From positions 96,001 through 160,000 of the forward strand of contig CAWJGT010000009.1 of the NCBI GenBank assembly GCA_963842525.1: DNA of 64,000 nt, given 5' to 3'. This document shows positions 49,442 to 60,400 of this stretch, one piece after another (position 1 is the first letter of the stretch; each line of letters begins with the position of its first letter). The notes under the pieces were generated by a model. That model had not been told where the DNA came from. It worked only from the letters and a program-made list of their open reading frames with translations, and did no database searches. The position numbers were made by a program, and so were the translations under genes. This stretch comes from an uncultured Holophagales bacterium. GTDB lineage: Bacteria > Acidobacteriota > Thermoanaerobaculia > Multivoradales > UBA5704.

Positions 49442-50515
49442 ATGGGCGATGACGCCGCGATCGGTGAGTTGCCGGAGGACTTGAGGCCGCACGCGGCCAG
49501 GATGAGCTTCGAGTCCACGGTATCGCGCCGGCTGGTACACCGGGATTTCATCGACCACGTCCTATTGACGGACATCCTGCGCCTGGAGGAGGGGCGGTTC
49601 CTCTGCGGTGCGCGCATACCCCAGTCGCACGGCTACTTCAATGAGGGCGGGGGGCCTCACGTCTACAGCAGCATCCTGCTCAGCGCCGAGATGGGGCGCC
49701 AGGCCGGCATTGCGATCTCTCATCAGTTCCTGGGCGTTTCTACCTCCCTCTGCTATATCCTGCGCCATCTGTCGTGCACGCTGGAGAGGCCGGGCCTGAG
49801 CCTGGTGACGAGTCCGCAGATGGCCAATGTCGTGATGGAGATCCGCTTGCGCGACTGCTCCTACCGGCGCACGGGAGAGCTGATGGGCCTGGTCATGGAG
49901 TGCGTCAGCTACCGGGCCGGCGAGCGGATGCAGCACGCCGCCGGCGAGTGGATCTTCGTACCGAGGAAGATCTACGAGAAGCTCCGGAGACAGGCGCCGG
50001 AGGGCCGCGTGAGGAGCAGCTTGCCGCAGCGTCCGGAGCGCATCGAGCCCAGCGTGGTGGGACGCAGCCGGCTCGAAAACATCGTGATCTCCTCCCTCCG
50101 CGAGAGCGCGGAGGGGCTCGTCGAAGCCGATCTCATCGTCGATCCCGGCCATCCCTACTTTTTCGAGCACACGCTCGACCACGTCTCCGGCATGCTGCTG
50201 CTCGAGGGCTGCAACCAGACCGGGACAGCGCTGGCGGGGAGCCGTTGCGGCTGGGCGCCCCGGGAGATCGTCTGTAAGGAGTTCGGAGCCCGGTTCCACC
50301 AGTTCGCCGAGCTCGAGACCCCCGTCAAGCTCGAGGCCCGGTTGAAGACGGCCGGCCGCGCTCCTGGCGCGAGCAACGCTCTCGCGCTGAGCATCGAGGC
50401 GAAGCAGGAAGGATGCCTGCTGGCGGAGCTCTCGCTGGAGATGGCGACCGCGGCCGCCTTCGAGCCGGCTGCCGGCGTCGAGGAGGTCCGAGTGGCGGCT
50501 GGCGGCCGCAGGTGA
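49442..50515 (+). CDS. AfsA/ScbA-like double-hotdog protein
   Basis: RRLVHR..VLLTD, HGYF, AEMGRQ, VGRSRLENIVI, HPYFFEHTLDHVSGMLLLEG. Confidence 0.85.
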   Translation: MGDDAAIGELPEDLRPHAARMSFESTVSRRLVHRDFIDHVLLTDILRLEEGRFLCGARIPQSHGYFNEGGGPHVYSSILLSAEMGRQAGIAISHQFLGVSTSLCYILRHLSCTLERPGLSLVTSPQMANVVMEIRLRDCSYRRTGELMGLVMECVSYRAGERMQHAAGEWIFVPRKIYEKLRRQAPEGRVRSSLPQRPERIEPSVVGRSRLENIVISSLRESAEGLVEADLIVDPGHPYFFEHTLDHVSGMLLLEGCNQTGTALAGSRCGWAPREIVCKEFGARFHQFAELETPVKLEARLKTAGRAPGASNALALSIEAKQEGCLLAELSLEMATAAAFEPAAGVEEVRVAAGGRR

Positions 50516-51906
50516 GCGTCCAGGGCCCGAACGGCGGGCCGGCCCCTGGCAAGGTCGTCGCGGTCGTCGGCGGTGGCATCTCAGGCATCGCCGTTTCCTA
50601 TTTGCTCCGCTGCCGCGGCATCGCCTCGGAAATCCTGGAGCAGTCCGATGGTCTCGGAGGACGGATCGGGTCCTGCAGGCTGGGCGAGCGCCTGCTTGAT
50701 TTCGGAGGCAAGAACATCGGGCGCCGCTACCACCGGTTCCGCGAGTTCACCACCGCCTGCGGAGACAATCCCTACGAGTACTTCGGAATCAACTCGTCGC
50801 AGGTGCGCGACGGCAGGATCGTGACTTTCGACAGCGGGCGCCGATGGGCGAGCCTGCTCGACCTTGCGCGTCGCTGCCGCCGGCGCGACCTTTTCCGCTT
50901 CGGCCGGATGTGCCTCGCCGTCAAACGGGACGAGCAGAACGGCTATCTCGGGTCGTCCTACTTCGGCGCGCTCGCCGAGCGCTTGGACGATCCGCCGGCA
51001 GGGAGCTACTTCGGCGACGAGCTCTGCCGCCGGCTCGTCCGCCCGATGAGCGTCCGCATGAACGGCGCCGAGCCCGACGAGATCTACCTCGGCAACTTCG
51101 GGAGCAATCTGCGCATGGTGCTCGACAGCTACGACCAGCTCACCTTGGGTATGCAGCGGGTTCTCGAGCAGTTCGAGCAGACGGCTACGATCCACCTGGG
51201 TACGCGGGTCGAGTCTCTGGCCATAGGGGCCGGCCGGGTGGCGGGATTGCGCGTCACGGGCCAGACGGGTATTGCCGAGGAGCGCTTCTACGACGGTATC
51301 GTGCTCGCGACGCCCGCGGTGGCGAGCGCCAGGATCGCGGCTTCCGCCGCCTGCCGCCTGGCCGAGCTGCTGGGCCGCGTTCACTACTTCCCGGTGGCGC
51401 TCATTCTGGCCGAATACGCGCGGGACATCTTCACGCCGCAGGTACGCGCCCTGGTGTTCGACGAGGGAGAGCCACTCAGCAATGCCGGCAGCTACGGGAT
51501 CCACGACCTCAACATCGTCCGCTATACCTTCAGCGGCCGGACGGCGCGGTCGTATCTCCGCGGCGAGGTGGACATGGAGTCTCTTCTCCGCTTGGGCGAA
51601 GAAAGGCTCAACCGGCATATTCCCGTCGACGCCCGGGAACGCCTGTGCTTCGTCGGCCGCCATTTCGAGCTGGGCCTTTGCGCCTATACACGGCATTACG
51701 GGCGGTTTGCCGGCGAGCTGCAAGCGGAGCTTCGCGCTCTCCCCGGGCTCTATCTCTCAGGCGACTACCTCTGCGGTGCCTCGATCGAGGCGTGCTTCCG
51801 AGCCGCCGAGAAGTGCGCTGCGGCCGTAGCCGCCGACCTTGCCGGGCCTTGTTCCACCAAGACCGCGCTGCACCGGACAGCTGGCCTAGCGCCCATCCGC
51901 CGGTGA
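50512..51906 (+). CDS. FAD-dependent oxidoreductase (protoporphyrinogen/amine oxidase-like)
   Basis: VVGGGISG, LGGRI, LSGDY; GTGA coupling to the afsA-like gene. Confidence 0.85.
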   Translation: MSVQGPNGGPAPGKVVAVVGGGISGIAVSYLLRCRGIASEILEQSDGLGGRIGSCRLGERLLDFGGKNIGRRYHRFREFTTACGDNPYEYFGINSSQVRDGRIVTFDSGRRWASLLDLARRCRRRDLFRFGRMCLAVKRDEQNGYLGSSYFGALAERLDDPPAGSYFGDELCRRLVRPMSVRMNGAEPDEIYLGNFGSNLRMVLDSYDQLTLGMQRVLEQFEQTATIHLGTRVESLAIGAGRVAGLRVTGQTGIAEERFYDGIVLATPAVASARIAASAACRLAELLGRVHYFPVALILAEYARDIFTPQVRALVFDEGEPLSNAGSYGIHDLNIVRYTFSGRTARSYLRGEVDMESLLRLGEERLNRHIPVDARERLCFVGRHFELGLCAYTRHYGRFAGELQAELRALPGLYLSGDYLCGASIEACFRAAEKCAAAVAADLAGPCSTKTALHRTAGLAPIRR

Positions 51907-51931
51907 GCTCACGAGCCTCAGGAGAATAGCA

Positions 51932-52405
51932 ATGCGAAACGCGATTTTGGCGATGATCCTGGCAACGACTCTCGTGACCGGAGAGCTCCATGCAGCGACT
52001 CCACCGGCGGATGTCGGACCGGGCCGCGTCGCCTGGTTCGACATCACCACGACCAGCCTGCCGCAGTCCAAGGATTTCTACGGAAAGCTCTTCGATTGGC
52101 AATTTACCCCGGTCCAGGGCACTGGCCAGGCGACGGAGATCGTCGCGGGTGGCACGCCGATCGGGACACTACGCGTTGCAGAGGGCCAAATCACCGCGTT
52201 CAACGGAGTGGTCTATGTCCAGGTGACCGACATCCAGGCCAGTTGCAAGAAAGCGAAGGAACTGGGGGGGACAATCCCACCTGGGTTCCCCTTCAACCTG
52301 CCGGACGGCATCGGAGCCATCGCCGTGGTCGTCGATCCAGCCGGCCACCCGATTGGCCTCTACTCAAGGACCCCGCTCGCGCCGGCGCCGGCCCCTGTCA
52401 AATGA
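51932..52405 (+). CDS. VOC/glyoxalase family protein with signal peptide
   Basis: VAWFDI..FYGKLFDW, DPAGHPIGL. Confidence 0.85.
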   Translation: MRNAILAMILATTLVTGELHAATPPADVGPGRVAWFDITTTSLPQSKDFYGKLFDWQFTPVQGTGQATEIVAGGTPIGTLRVAEGQITAFNGVVYVQVTDIQASCKKAKELGGTIPPGFPFNLPDGIGAIAVVVDPAGHPIGLYSRTPLAPAPAPVK

Positions 52406-52439
52406 GGATTCCAGCCAGCCGCTACGTAGGTCAACAGAG

Positions 52440-52474
52440 ATAAGTGCCGCACCAGAGAGGTGCCAGCCACTTAT
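52440..52474. repeat. Palindromic REP-like element ATAAGTGCCGCACC..GGTGCCAGCCACTTAT
   Basis: Inverted symmetry; copy at 48374-48408. Confidence 0.75.
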
Positions 52475-52617
52475 TTTGGGATCATACCCGTTCGTGCGCC
52501 CTTGCGCGCCGAAAGATTCCGACGCAGTGTGCGTACTAATACTAATGTACAACACCGCCACGCGGGACGTTCGTGGAGCCGACCGCGCGCATTCGGGGGT
52601 GTGCTCGAGGTGGCCCG

Positions 52618-53559
52618 ATGAAGCTCTGGGAGATCTTCCGTTTCGAAATGACCCTCCAGGCGCGACGCATCTCGACCTGGTTCTATTTCGTGGTCCTGTT
52701 GGGGTTCACGTACATGATGGGGACGGAAGAATACGTCTCCAATGCGCGCAACGGCGGCTACTTCTTGAATGCGCCGTTCGTCATCGCGAGCGTCGCCACC
52801 ATCGGCAGCATGATAGGACTGTTGATAACCGCGTCGCTGGCCGGCGATGCGGGAGCGCGGGACGTACAGACGCGGATGCATCCGCTCCTCTACACCACTC
52901 CAGTCGGCAAGGCCAACTATCTGAGGGGCCGATTTCTCGCGGCGTTCATCCTCAACCTGCTGATCCTGGTTGCCGTGCCTGTCGGCCTCGTGCTCGCCGC
53001 GCTGGTCCCGCGCGCGGAAGCCGATCTCATCGGGCCGTTCCGGCGGGCTCTCGATTTCCCGTTCGCGGTGGTGGCGCACGAGGTTGCGCACCAGTGGTGG
53101 GGCCACCAGGTCACACCCGCACTTGTCGAGGGCGCCCCGGTGCTCACCGAGAGCCTGGCGTGGTACTCCGCGATGATGGTCATGGAGAAGACCTACGGCC
53201 ACGAGCACCTGCGCCGGCTCCTGAAGGGAGCGGGTGACGGCACAGCAGGCTGCAACAGGAAGCTGGCAGGTGACTCTCGACGTGCAGGCGCGCAAGGTGG
53301 TGGTCGACAGCGTGGGCGTCGAGACCGAGGTCCCCATGGACGACCTCGTCGAGGTTGGCGTCTTCGCCGCCGCGGAGGACGGAGGGTTCGGCGAGCCGCT
53401 GTACCTGCGCCTGCACCGCGTCCGCTCCGCGAGCAGCGCATCACCGTGACGGTGCCGAGGAAGCCTGCCCGGGCCGGGATCGACCCGCGCAGCCTATTGA
53501 TCGACGTGGAGGCCACGGACAACCTCAGGGAGATAACTGCCGGCGCAGGAAATGCCTGA
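52618..53559 (+). pseudogene. Collapsed ABC-permease/M1 aminopeptidase gene
   Basis: Permease N-terminus joined directly to AHEVAHQWWG..TESLA and the C-terminal AGIDP..LID; large internal deletions. Confidence 0.75.
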
Positions 53560-53614
53560 ATGTCAACAGTCAATGCAGGCCACTGGCACTTTACCGGGGA
53601 TCTTGTAGACTGCT

Positions 53615-54784
53615 TTGACCGTGAAGATCGTCCACACAAGCGACTGGCATGTTGGCCGCCGATGGAAGGGGATCCAGCGCCTCGACGAGCTGGAGGCTGT
53701 GCTCGAACATCTCGCGGCCTTCATCGAAGAACACTCCATCGACCTCGTCGTCCACACCGGGGACGTCTTCGAGAGCCGAAACCCGCCTGCCGAGGCGGAG
53801 CAGCTCGTGAACCGGTTCCTGGTCCGCGTGGGGCGGACCGGAGCGCACATGCTCGCCATCGCCGGCAACCACGACGATCCGCTCCGGCTGGATGCTCGTT
53901 CGTTGCTCACAGAGTTTGTCAACGTACAGATCCTCGGCCGCCCACGCCCCGCTTCCCGGGGAGGGACCCGGACCATCGAGACCCGTTGTGGAGAGACGGC
54001 AGTTGTCGCGGCGCTTCCGTTCGCATCCCCTGGAGCCTGGGTGTCGGCGCTCGACCTCGCCGGCGAGGAGGCGAGCGCCCGGAGCAAATATGCCCGAATG
54101 TTCGAGCTTGCTGTCCAGGATCTCTGCGGCGCCTTTCGGCAGGACGCCGTCAACCTCCTCATGGCGCATACGCACATCGAGGGGGCCATCTTCGGCGAGT
54201 CGGAGCGTCGCGTTCACATCGGAGAGGACGGGGCCGCCTCGCCAAAGGCTCTGCCGTCCACGGCGAGCTACATCGCTCTCGGGCACATCCACAAGCCACA
54301 GAAGATCGATGGGCCGGTGCCCACCTACTATGCCGGATCGCTTCTCCAGATGGACTTCGGGGAGGCCGGGGAGGAAAAAACCTTTATCGTCGTCACGGCG
54401 TCGCCCGGCAAGACCGTCGATCCTGAAAACATCGAGCACGTTCCCTACGAAGGGGGATTGCCGCTCGTCGACCTTCGTGCCACGCTCGCGGAGCTCGAAG
54501 AGACCGCGGACAAGCATCGCACGGGTTGGTTGCGCGTGACGGTCCCTTTGACGGAGAGGGATCCCGATCTCAATCGAAAGGTCCGCGAGCTGCTCCCCAA
54601 TGCGCTCGTCGTGCGCGCCGAGCTCCCCGAGCCCGAGGAGCAGCCGGACATCCGGCTGGAGACCGGGGTCTCGCCGGTGGGACACTACGGCGCCTACCAT
54701 CGCCGCGCGCACGAGCAGGAAGCGGAGCTGGTCGTCCTGGAGACCTTTCAGGATCTCTATGACCAGGCATCCGTCGAGGACTGA
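53615..54784 (+). CDS. sbcD: Exonuclease SbcD
   Basis: HTSDWHVG, GDVF, AGNHD, ALGHIH, YAGS. Confidence 0.93.
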   Translation: MTVKIVHTSDWHVGRRWKGIQRLDELEAVLEHLAAFIEEHSIDLVVHTGDVFESRNPPAEAEQLVNRFLVRVGRTGAHMLAIAGNHDDPLRLDARSLLTEFVNVQILGRPRPASRGGTRTIETRCGETAVVAALPFASPGAWVSALDLAGEEASARSKYARMFELAVQDLCGAFRQDAVNLLMAHTHIEGAIFGESERRVHIGEDGAASPKALPSTASYIALGHIHKPQKIDGPVPTYYAGSLLQMDFGEAGEEKTFIVVTASPGKTVDPENIEHVPYEGGLPLVDLRATLAELEETADKHRTGWLRVTVPLTERDPDLNRKVRELLPNALVVRAELPEPEEQPDIRLETGVSPVGHYGAYHRRAHEQEAELVVLETFQDLYDQASVED

Positions 54785-54787
54785 GCG

Positions 54788-57700
54788 TTGCGTCCCGTCC
54801 ATCTCACCATCGAGGGCCTCGCGTGCTTCAGGGAGAAGCAGGAGATCGACTTCCGTACGCTCGAGCTCTTTGCCATCTCGGGGCCGACGGGAGCCGGCAA
54901 ATCGACTCTGTTGGACGCCGATCATCTTTGCGCTCTATGGAGAAATCCCCCGCGTCAACACCTACAATCGGACCGAGATGATCTCGGCGGCCCGGAACCG
55001 CGCCAGCGTGGTGCTGGATTTCGAAGTCGGGCCGAGCCGCTACCGCATTGCACGGACTCTCCGGCGCAATGGTGCTCAAGCGGTTCGATTGGAGGAGCAC
55101 GTCGGAAACGGCTCCTTCAAGAATCTGGCGGACCAGGTTCGCACCGCGAACGATCAGGTGGCTCAGATCCTGGGGCTTGGTGCACCCGCGTTCATGCAAG
55201 CCGTGGTTCTGCCGCAAGGCGAGTTCGCCAGGTTCCTCAAAGCGCAGCCGAGAGAACGGCGCAGCATGCTCCGCACGCTTCTTCGACTCGACGTCTACGA
55301 GCGGATGCGTGAACGGGCCCAGCGTTTGGCGGCTTTGAAGAAAAGCACTGTCGATTCGCTGCAGAAGCTCCTTGCGGACGAGTACGCCGGCGTCGATGAG
55401 GCCGCTGTCGCCGGGTTGGAGACGGAGCACGCCCGGGTCGTCGAGTCGCTCGAAGCCTGGCGAAAGAATCGGGACGACATCCAGGCCGGGCTCGCCCGGC
55501 TGCGCGGCCAGCACGCGAAAACCCTGGAGCTTCGGCAGGTCGAAGAAAAGCGAGCGGCTTTGCAGAAGCAGGCCGAGCAAGTGAGCCGTGAGAAAGCGAG
55601 GATCGAAGCGGCGGCTCGTGCGGTGCCCCTGTTGCCTTTGCTCCATGAAGCGGCCCGAGCCTCCGTCTCCGCGCAGACGGCGACAAAGGCGGCGGACGAA
55701 GCCAAGGCCCGCCATGACTCCGCAAAGGAGGATTGGACGAAGAAGGCCGCCGCGTTGAAGTCCGCGGAGAAAGCCGCCAAGGCGATCAAGGCGATTCGTG
55801 AGCAGGTGGCTCGCCTCCACCAGGTGCTCGGACGCCTTCCTGAACGAGAGCAGCTCAACGCGGCCATCGAGCGGCAGATGCAGGGCTTGAGGGCTCTGGA
55901 AGGTGAGCTGTCCTCGCTCGCTGCGACGGTCGAATCGGCGAAGGCCGAGCAAGCGCAACAACAGACAGTTGTCGATGCCGCCCGGCAAGCCGCGGAGGCC
56001 TCCGGCTATGACCCGGAGCTGGACGAGCTGCTGCAGAGCGTCCGCGACCGCGCCGTCGAGCTTGGCGCTGCTCGCAGGAGCGCGGCGGAGCGCAGGCTCG
56101 AGCTCGCTCGGAAGCGCAAAGAGGTGGAAGAGCAGGCCGGGGAGATCGAGCTGCTGAAGGAGAAGGCCGAGTCTGCCAGGAGGTCCGCGGAGGAAGCGCA
56201 GCGCGGTTTCGAAGCGGCAGAGGAGGCGCTGCATCGCGCGAACCGTCTGAACGAGGCCAATCACCTCCGCGAGGGATTGGTTCCCGGCCAACCATGCCCG
56301 GTGTGCGAGCAGCTCGTGGACGCACCACCTCCCGCCGATCTGGATCCCGAGCTCGAGGCGGCCAAAGCCGCGCTCAAAGGCGCCCGGGAGAAGCGAAAAG
56401 AAGCCGACGTGCTCGCCCGTCTGAACGAGGCTGCGCTCACGGGCGAACAGGCGAAGCTCCATGCCGCGCGGCAAAGCCTCACCGAGTTGGAGTCGCGTTG
56501 CGCCGAGCTGCAAGCCACCGTGGCCGCTGGCGAGGAGGAGATCTGTCGAACGCTCGGCGACCGCGCTCCAGAAGGTACTTCCGTGGTCGAGGCATGGATC
56601 GAAATACAGATCACATCGCTCGCCAGGAGCCGCAAAGCGCACGAAGCGGCGAAGGCACTCTTCGCGAAGGCTGAACAGACCCTCGAAAGAGCCAAAGCCC
56701 AAGAGGCCGCCGCGCGGGAACGGCTCGGTGAGAGGGAGGTGTCGCGAAAGCGGCTGGAGGGGGAGCGCAGCGCGAGCCTGCAACGGCTCACGACATTGCA
56801 GGCCGAGATCCATGCAGTCACGGAGTCGGAGGACCCGGCTGCCGAGGCCGCATCCTTGGAGGAGCAGATCCGGCAGCTTGAAGCCAACCACAAGGCGGCC
56901 GCCGAGGAAGAGGCAACCTCCAAAAACCAACTGATGGCCGCCAAGGAGGTGAAACGGCTCACAGCCGAAGCTGCCGAAGCAGCTCGTCAGGAAGCCAGCC
57001 AGAGAGCCGAGAGCCGGGATGCGGAGATTGCTCGCGCCGGCTTTGAAGACGAGGCCGCCGTCCGTGAGGCCCGTCTCGACGATGCCACCGCCGCCCGGCT
57101 CAAGGATCAGGTCCAGAAGTACGTGCAGGACAGCCACGCCGCCGAAGAGCGTGCCGCCATGCTCAGCGTCGAGCTGGGGGATGAGCGGGTGTCCGATGAA
57201 CAGTTGGCGGCCGTCGAGGAGCTCGCAGCGCACGTCACCACCGAAGTGGAGACAGCGCTCGGCAAGGAAAAGAAGCTCGAAGAGCAGATCGGCCGCATGA
57301 AGCAGCGGCTCGCACGCTTGAAAGAGCTCCGCGAAAAGCTGGATGTCGAGGAGGCGTCTCTGCGCGTGTACGACCTCCTGGCAGGCGACCTGCGAAGCGA
57401 CAAGTTCCAGGCGTACGTCCTTCAGGAGGTGTTCACCGAGCTCGTGCAGGGCGCCTCGGCCCGGCTGCTGATGTTGACCGCGGAGCGTTACTCCCTGCAG
57501 TTCAACGACGACGAAATCAGGGTCGTCGATCACGACAACGCTGACGAGACGCGGATCAGCGACACGCTCAGCGGAGGAGAAACCTTCCTGACCTCGCTGG
57601 CGCTCGCCTTGGAGCTCAGCGACCAGGTTCAGCGTGCCGTCGGCGCGGTGAATCTCGACAGCCTGTTCATCGACGAGGGTTTCGGCACCCTCGACCCCGA

Positions 57701-57872
57701 CACCCTCGCGCTTGTCTCCGAGACCCTCCAGACGCTGCGGGTTGGTGGCCGGATGGTCGGCATCATCACCCATATCCCGGAGCTGCGAGACGAATTCGCC
57801 CAGCAGGTGATCGTGACCAAGCACCAGGGCTTCTCAACCGTCGAGGTCCGCGGGGTGGCGGAGACGGCGTGA
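54788..57872 (+). CDS. sbcC: SbcC SMC-family ATPase; +1 frameshift near 54918
   Basis: Walker A GPTGAGKS, LPQGEF, CPVC hook, LSGGE, FIDEGFGTLD. Confidence 0.92.
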
Positions 57873-57887
57873 TTCACTCCCGGGGAT

Positions 57888-58466
57888 GTGAGTGACATCG
57901 TTTCACCCGCCGTGAACCGGCTGGAATTGGGCGAGCATACAGGTACGCACGTCGATGCCATCAACCATATGGCACGTCAGTACCGGGGACAGTCGATCGA
58001 TACGATGCCCCTCATGATGTTCTATACAGAGGGCATCTGTTTGGATCTGTCTCATAAACGCCCACTGGATTTGATTGAGCCCGCCGACTTGGAGCGCGCC
58101 CTCTCCGAGGCGGGCCTTGAAATCAAGCAGGGTGATACGGTCCTGCTGTATGCGGATCATTATCGACGCGCATTTGGGACAGACGCTTGGAACAAGGGGC
58201 CAGGGGTCAGCATCGACGCAGCGCGCTGGCTGGGTCGGCAGAAGATCGCGGCTTTTGGCGTGGAAACGATGTCACCGGGAGTGGCCGGCGTTTCCAACAA
58301 GGAAGTTCATCGTATTTGTGGCGAGTTGGGCTTTACGCATTACGAGAACATGATCAATGTGTATCAGCTCATCGGCCGGGGGCGTTTTCGCTTCATCGGT
58401 CTGCCGCTCAAGATACGTGGTGGAACCGGCTCACCCGTGCGAGCGGTTGCTGTCTTCGAGGGCTGA
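57888..58466 (+). CDS. Cyclase family protein, probably 5'-truncated
   Basis: EHTGTHVDA, GGTGSPVR; lacks the N-terminal DLS motif. Confidence 0.7.
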   Translation: MSDIVSPAVNRLELGEHTGTHVDAINHMARQYRGQSIDTMPLMMFYTEGICLDLSHKRPLDLIEPADLERALSEAGLEIKQGDTVLLYADHYRRAFGTDAWNKGPGVSIDAARWLGRQKIAAFGVETMSPGVAGVSNKEVHRICGELGFTHYENMINVYQLIGRGRFRFIGLPLKIRGGTGSPVRAVAVFEG

Positions 58467-58544
58467 GAGGGAGTTGGACAAGGCCGGGGACCTCTGGGCC
58501 GCCCCCGGCGTAGTAGGTTGCGGAGGGATGACGGCGGAATCGAC

Positions 58545-59369
58545 TCAGCGCTTCCGGATCATCCAATCCATCAATGCCGAGGCAAATTCTTCCGGCTCCT
58601 CGAAGAATGGCTGGTGCCCGCTCCGCTCGAAGAGCCGGAAGGTGGCGTCGGGAAGCCTGTCCGCGATGCCCTCCCAGAGGACGTAGGGGACCACGTAGTC
58701 ATGGCGTCCATGGGCGAGAAAGATCGGCACGCTCGACGAGATCGATCCGGCGGTGACGTCCCATCGCGCCGTGAGCGCGCCCATGAGGTGCGCGATCAGC
58801 TCCAGTTCGGTGCTCGCCTCCGCGAACAGGGGAGCGGCGTCGATGCGCGCATCGAAGAAACGCAGCGGCGTCTGCGCAAACATGACCTGGCCCATGGGGG
58901 CGTCCGCCGGCAGCCTGGCCAGGTTGTCGCGAAGGACCTGCTTGCGCTCCTCCAACGCGTCCTCCTCGAAAAACGACGTGGCTCGCGCCGAAACCCGGCC
59001 CATGTCGGCGAACGGCGGTGTTCCCACCGTGATCACGTGCGAGACGCTGGCAGGACAGCGCCTGCCGTACTCGATCGCGAGGATGCCGAGGATCGAGTGC
59101 CCCAGGACGGCGATCCGCTCGACCCCAAGATCGACGCGGACAGCCTCCAGGTCGCTTGCGAGCACGTCGAAGGTGAGGTCGGTGGGCTCCCCCGTCGATC
59201 GTCCGCTTCCCCGCAGGTCGACGAAGACGAGCTGGAGGCGGTCGCTCAGTTGGGACGGCATCTGGACCTCGTACGGCTTCGTGCCGATGCAGCTCAAGAC
59301 GAGGCAAGCAGGCCCGTTGCCCCGCGTCGTGTAGAACAGCTCGGCACCAGGGACGGAAACAGTCGTCAT
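58545..59369 (-). CDS. Alpha/beta hydrolase (proline iminopeptidase-like)
   Basis: DLRGSGRS, GHSILG, GRHD, SGHQPFFEE. Confidence 0.88.
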   Translation of the reverse strand: MTTVSVPGAELFYTTRGNGPACLVLSCIGTKPYEVQMPSQLSDRLQLVFVDLRGSGRSTGEPTDLTFDVLASDLEAVRVDLGVERIAVLGHSILGILAIEYGRRCPASVSHVITVGTPPFADMGRVSARATSFFEEDALEERKQVLRDNLARLPADAPMGQVMFAQTPLRFFDARIDAAPLFAEASTELELIAHLMGALTARWDVTAGSISSSVPIFLAHGRHDYVVPYVLWEGIADRLPDATFRLFERSGHQPFFEEPEEFASALMDWMIRKR

Positions 59370-59401
59370 CGTTCCTCCTTTCAGCCTCCTGGCAGGCATT
59401 G

Positions 59402-59430
59402 AAAAGCGAAAAGGGACGCCGAAGCGTCCC
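59402..59430 (-). terminator. Intrinsic terminator-like hairpin upstream of the hydrolase gene
   Basis: GGGACGC-TTCG-GCGTCCC followed by TTTTCGCTTTT. Confidence 0.6.
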
Positions 59431-59719
59431 CACAGAAATTGCTGTCTAGAGTCGGCTGCGCTGGCTAGAAACCGGCGAGCCCTGGGCGCCCATCTGCCTC
59501 AAGCGCTGACCAGACCGCTCCGCGCGCAGTCGCTGAAACGGCTGCCGTGCACTTGCTGCGCACCTTGCGGATCGGAGAGATCGACATTGGCAAGATAGCA
59601 CATCCAGCCTCTCGGGGGAAGGGCGCCACTTATCTTATCGCAGCGGCACCACCGGAATCATCCACGGGAAGACATAGGCCTGAAGGAAGACGAGGACGCA
59701 GCGCGGGTGCATGTGCCGG

Positions 59720-60389
59720 CCTGGGGGCAGCCCACGACGTGGTCTCCCATGGCTACGGCAACGAGTCCGGAGAGGCGCTCGACACCTTGCGCCGGCTCGA
59801 CCGCGAGCTCGGCCGCCACCCGAGCGATCTCGAGGCGTTCTACCCCGGCTTCCAGGAGCGGTTGAACCGGGCCCTGTCCAAGGAGCTTTGCCTGGCGCGG
59901 GCCTCGACCGGGTCTTCCCGGCGGTGGTCCGGCGCCCTCTACGGCGAGGAGATCAAGGACGTCCGCCGGGAAGCGGGAGGAGGCCTCCGCACCCTACGAT
60001 CTCGCGCCCATCCTGGCCGAGGTGCTGACTTCGCGGCTCAACCTTGGACTGCTGGGAAGCGCCGAAAAGCGTCTGGCCGAGTTGCACTTCACGTGCGGCA
60101 CGCGAATCCTCAGCGACGAACGGCGGCAAAAGATGCAGGACGCCCTCAACCGTTCCCGCCTCTGCTCTCCCATCACTGGACTGGAGTTCAGCACCTTTCC
60201 CTGGAGTCCGTGCTCGAGGGAAAGATACGCAATCCAGGCCATTGGTACGCCGCTGTGACGGCGCCTACCTCACCAACTCGATCCTCCCTGGTCTGGTTCT
60301 GCACGCCAGCGGGAATGCCGCCTCGTTTGGTCTGGTGTGGTGGTTCCAGGCAACCCTTGGGCCGCGCCAGTGGCATCAGGTTTCTCTGA
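59720..60389 (+). pseudogene. Mosaic gene fragments, including an alkaline phosphatase/phosphodiesterase-like piece
   Basis: DVVSHGYG..ALDTLRRLDRELG; no coherent full ORF. Confidence 0.35.
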
Positions 60390-60400
60390 CGGAAGCCCTC

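Noticed and set aside
54828-57824. 998-aa antisense ORF and other long shadow ORFs (e.g. 9967-11589, 30212-32539, 26581-28380)
   Set aside because: They lie opposite well-supported genes, have no motifs, and are expected at this GC content
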